DNA from: Heterodontus francisci
Taxonomy: Eukaryota
Direction: 5' to 3'
DNA length: 64,000 bases
Assembly (NCBI RefSeq): GCF_036365525.1
Contig: NC_090392.1
Span: forward strand, 49,403,984 to 49,467,983
The translations under genes and the position numbers were made by a program. The number at the start of each line of letters is the position of its first letter. Within the stretch, counting starts at the first letter, position 1. Positions 62,266-64,000 of this stretch are shown in pieces. The notes beneath the pieces were generated by a model. The model was not told where the DNA came from. It made no database searches and saw only the letters and a program-made list of their open reading frames with translations.

Positions 62266-63168
62266 CATAGAGTCATAATAGCACGGAAATAGGCCATTCG
62301 GCCCATCGGGTCCATTCCGTCTCACTGTAGAGCAATCCAGTCAGCCCCATTCCCCACTTTATCCCCGCAGCCCTGCAAGTTTATTTCCTTCAAGTGCCCA
62401 TCCAATTTCCTTTTGAAATCATTGATCATCTCTGCTTCCACCACCTTTGTAGGCAACGAGTACCAGGTCATTACCAGTCGCTGCATAAAAAAGCTTTTCC
62501 TCACATCCCCCTGCATCCCTTGTCCAAAACCTTAAATCTGTGTCCTGTAGTCCTTGTACCATCAGTTAATGGGAACAGCTTTTCTTTGTTTACCCTATTT
62601 AAACCGGTCATAATCTTGTGCATCTCTATCAAATCTCCCCTCAATCTCCTTTGTTCCAAGGAGAACAACCTCAGCTTCTCCAACCTAACGTTGTAGTTAA
62701 AATCCCTCATCCCTGGAACCATTCTGGTAAATCTCCTCTGCACCCTCTCAAGAATGTTCACATCCTTCCTAAACAGTGGTGACCAGAACTGGACACAATA
62801 TTCTAGTTGTTATCTAACCAGAGCTTTATAAAGGTTCAGCATAATTTCCCTGCTTTTGCACTCAATGCCACTATTTATGAAGCCCAAGACATCCTATCTG
62901 CTTTGTTAACTACCCTCTCAATATGTCCTGCCATCTTCAAAGATCTATGCACATGAAGCCCCAGATCCTTCTGTCCCTGCACACACTTTAGAACTGTGCC
63001 ATTTAGTCGAATTGCCTCTCCCTACCCATTCTACCAAATAGCATCTCCTTACACTTCTCTGTATTAAATTCCATCTACCATTTGTCTGCCCATTCTGCTA
63101 GCCTATCATGTCCTTTTGCAGTTGATTGGTATCATCGTTTATCGCACCTCCATGTTTGGTATCATCCT
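62266..63168 (-). mobile_element. CR1 LINE 3' fragment
   Basis: LERVQRRFTRMVPGMRDFNY..RLEKL.LFSLEQRRLRGDLIE; RKSFFMQRLVMTWYSLP; DDT. Confidence 0.92.
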
Positions 63169-64000
63169 CACTGTCTGCCGCTGTGGGCACATTTCTTTGA
63201 TATTCACTAGCCCCATGCCAGCACAATTTCCATTTATTGCCTGCACATAGGGGGAGTGCCCAGATCTGCTGACCACACCACAGCTCATCCTCAGCACTCA
63301 TCCTCTTGCCACCACCCCTCCCCTGGAAATGGGGCATCAATCCAGATGGTACACTTCATCTCAATTGAACTACTGGCCATCACTGACTCATTGCATATTC
63401 ATCCAGGGCCAAGAGCAGGAACTCTCAGCTAGCATAACTCTCTCTCCACAGTGCTCCATCAAATACTGCCAGGGTAGGTGCAGCATAGATTGGATACAAA
63501 TACCCTTTTCTAGCCCTGCGCTATGGTAAGCTGACCCGGTTATAACCCCATTGCGCATCAGCTGACCCTATTCTAACTGTACTGGATGGTCAGTTGACTG
63601 TGTTATAACATTACTGTATGTTCAGCTGAGCCCTACTGTAGCTCAACTGACCTGTCCTAGCCTTACTATAGAGATGCAGGATCTGCTGTTGTTGTTTCAT
63701 GATACACAATCCCAGAAATAAATATCAGAATCTCAGTGACAGTGAATAACAGTGAAGATAAAATAACAACAAAAGTGATTCACTTTAGGAAACCTAAAAT
63801 TGAGAAAAATCTGTGGAAACTAGGTTCATATTTCTAAAATATGAATGATGTCTGAGAACGTGTTCAAGGCCGTATTACTCCACCCTCTTCCTACATTGTT
63901 ACTCTCTTACAACTGGTAATTGCTTATAGTGATGGTACAGGTGCTATCGTAATTATTTGCAGTCATTTGGAATACCATTTCCAGCATTTATTGAGGGTGT

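Noticed and set aside
1-64000. A novel multi-gene system
   Set aside because: All recognisable coding remnants belong to transposable elements or one ribosomal-protein retrocopy; the remaining 60-130-aa ORFs are as expected by chance or antisense to TEs

Overview
Repeat-dense, apparently non-coding vertebrate genomic DNA, almost certainly from a cartilaginous fish (elasmobranch), judging by HE1-type V-SINEs, DeuSINEs, many CR1/L2 LINE fragments and Penelope-like fragments. I recognise no intact host protein-coding gene, RNA gene or CRISPR array. The long ORFs at 1-4.8 kb are artefacts of a 14-bp C-rich minisatellite, and most other ORFs are TE fragments. Highlights: (1) a decayed ~7.3-kb Copia LTR retrotransposon with GalEa-clade hallmarks (28663-35922, minus strand) carrying a stack of nested insertions; (2) a 5'-truncated RPL29 retrocopy, missed by the ORF track, flanked by a 66-bp duplication; (3) hammerhead-ribozyme-like cores in Penelope fragments; (4) three ~255-bp solo LTRs; (5) a Harbinger-like Myb gene relic and related MITEs; (6) several candidate minus-strand small exons. 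All family names come from remembered motifs, not database searches, and most boundaries are approximate. I found no convincing novel multi-gene system.
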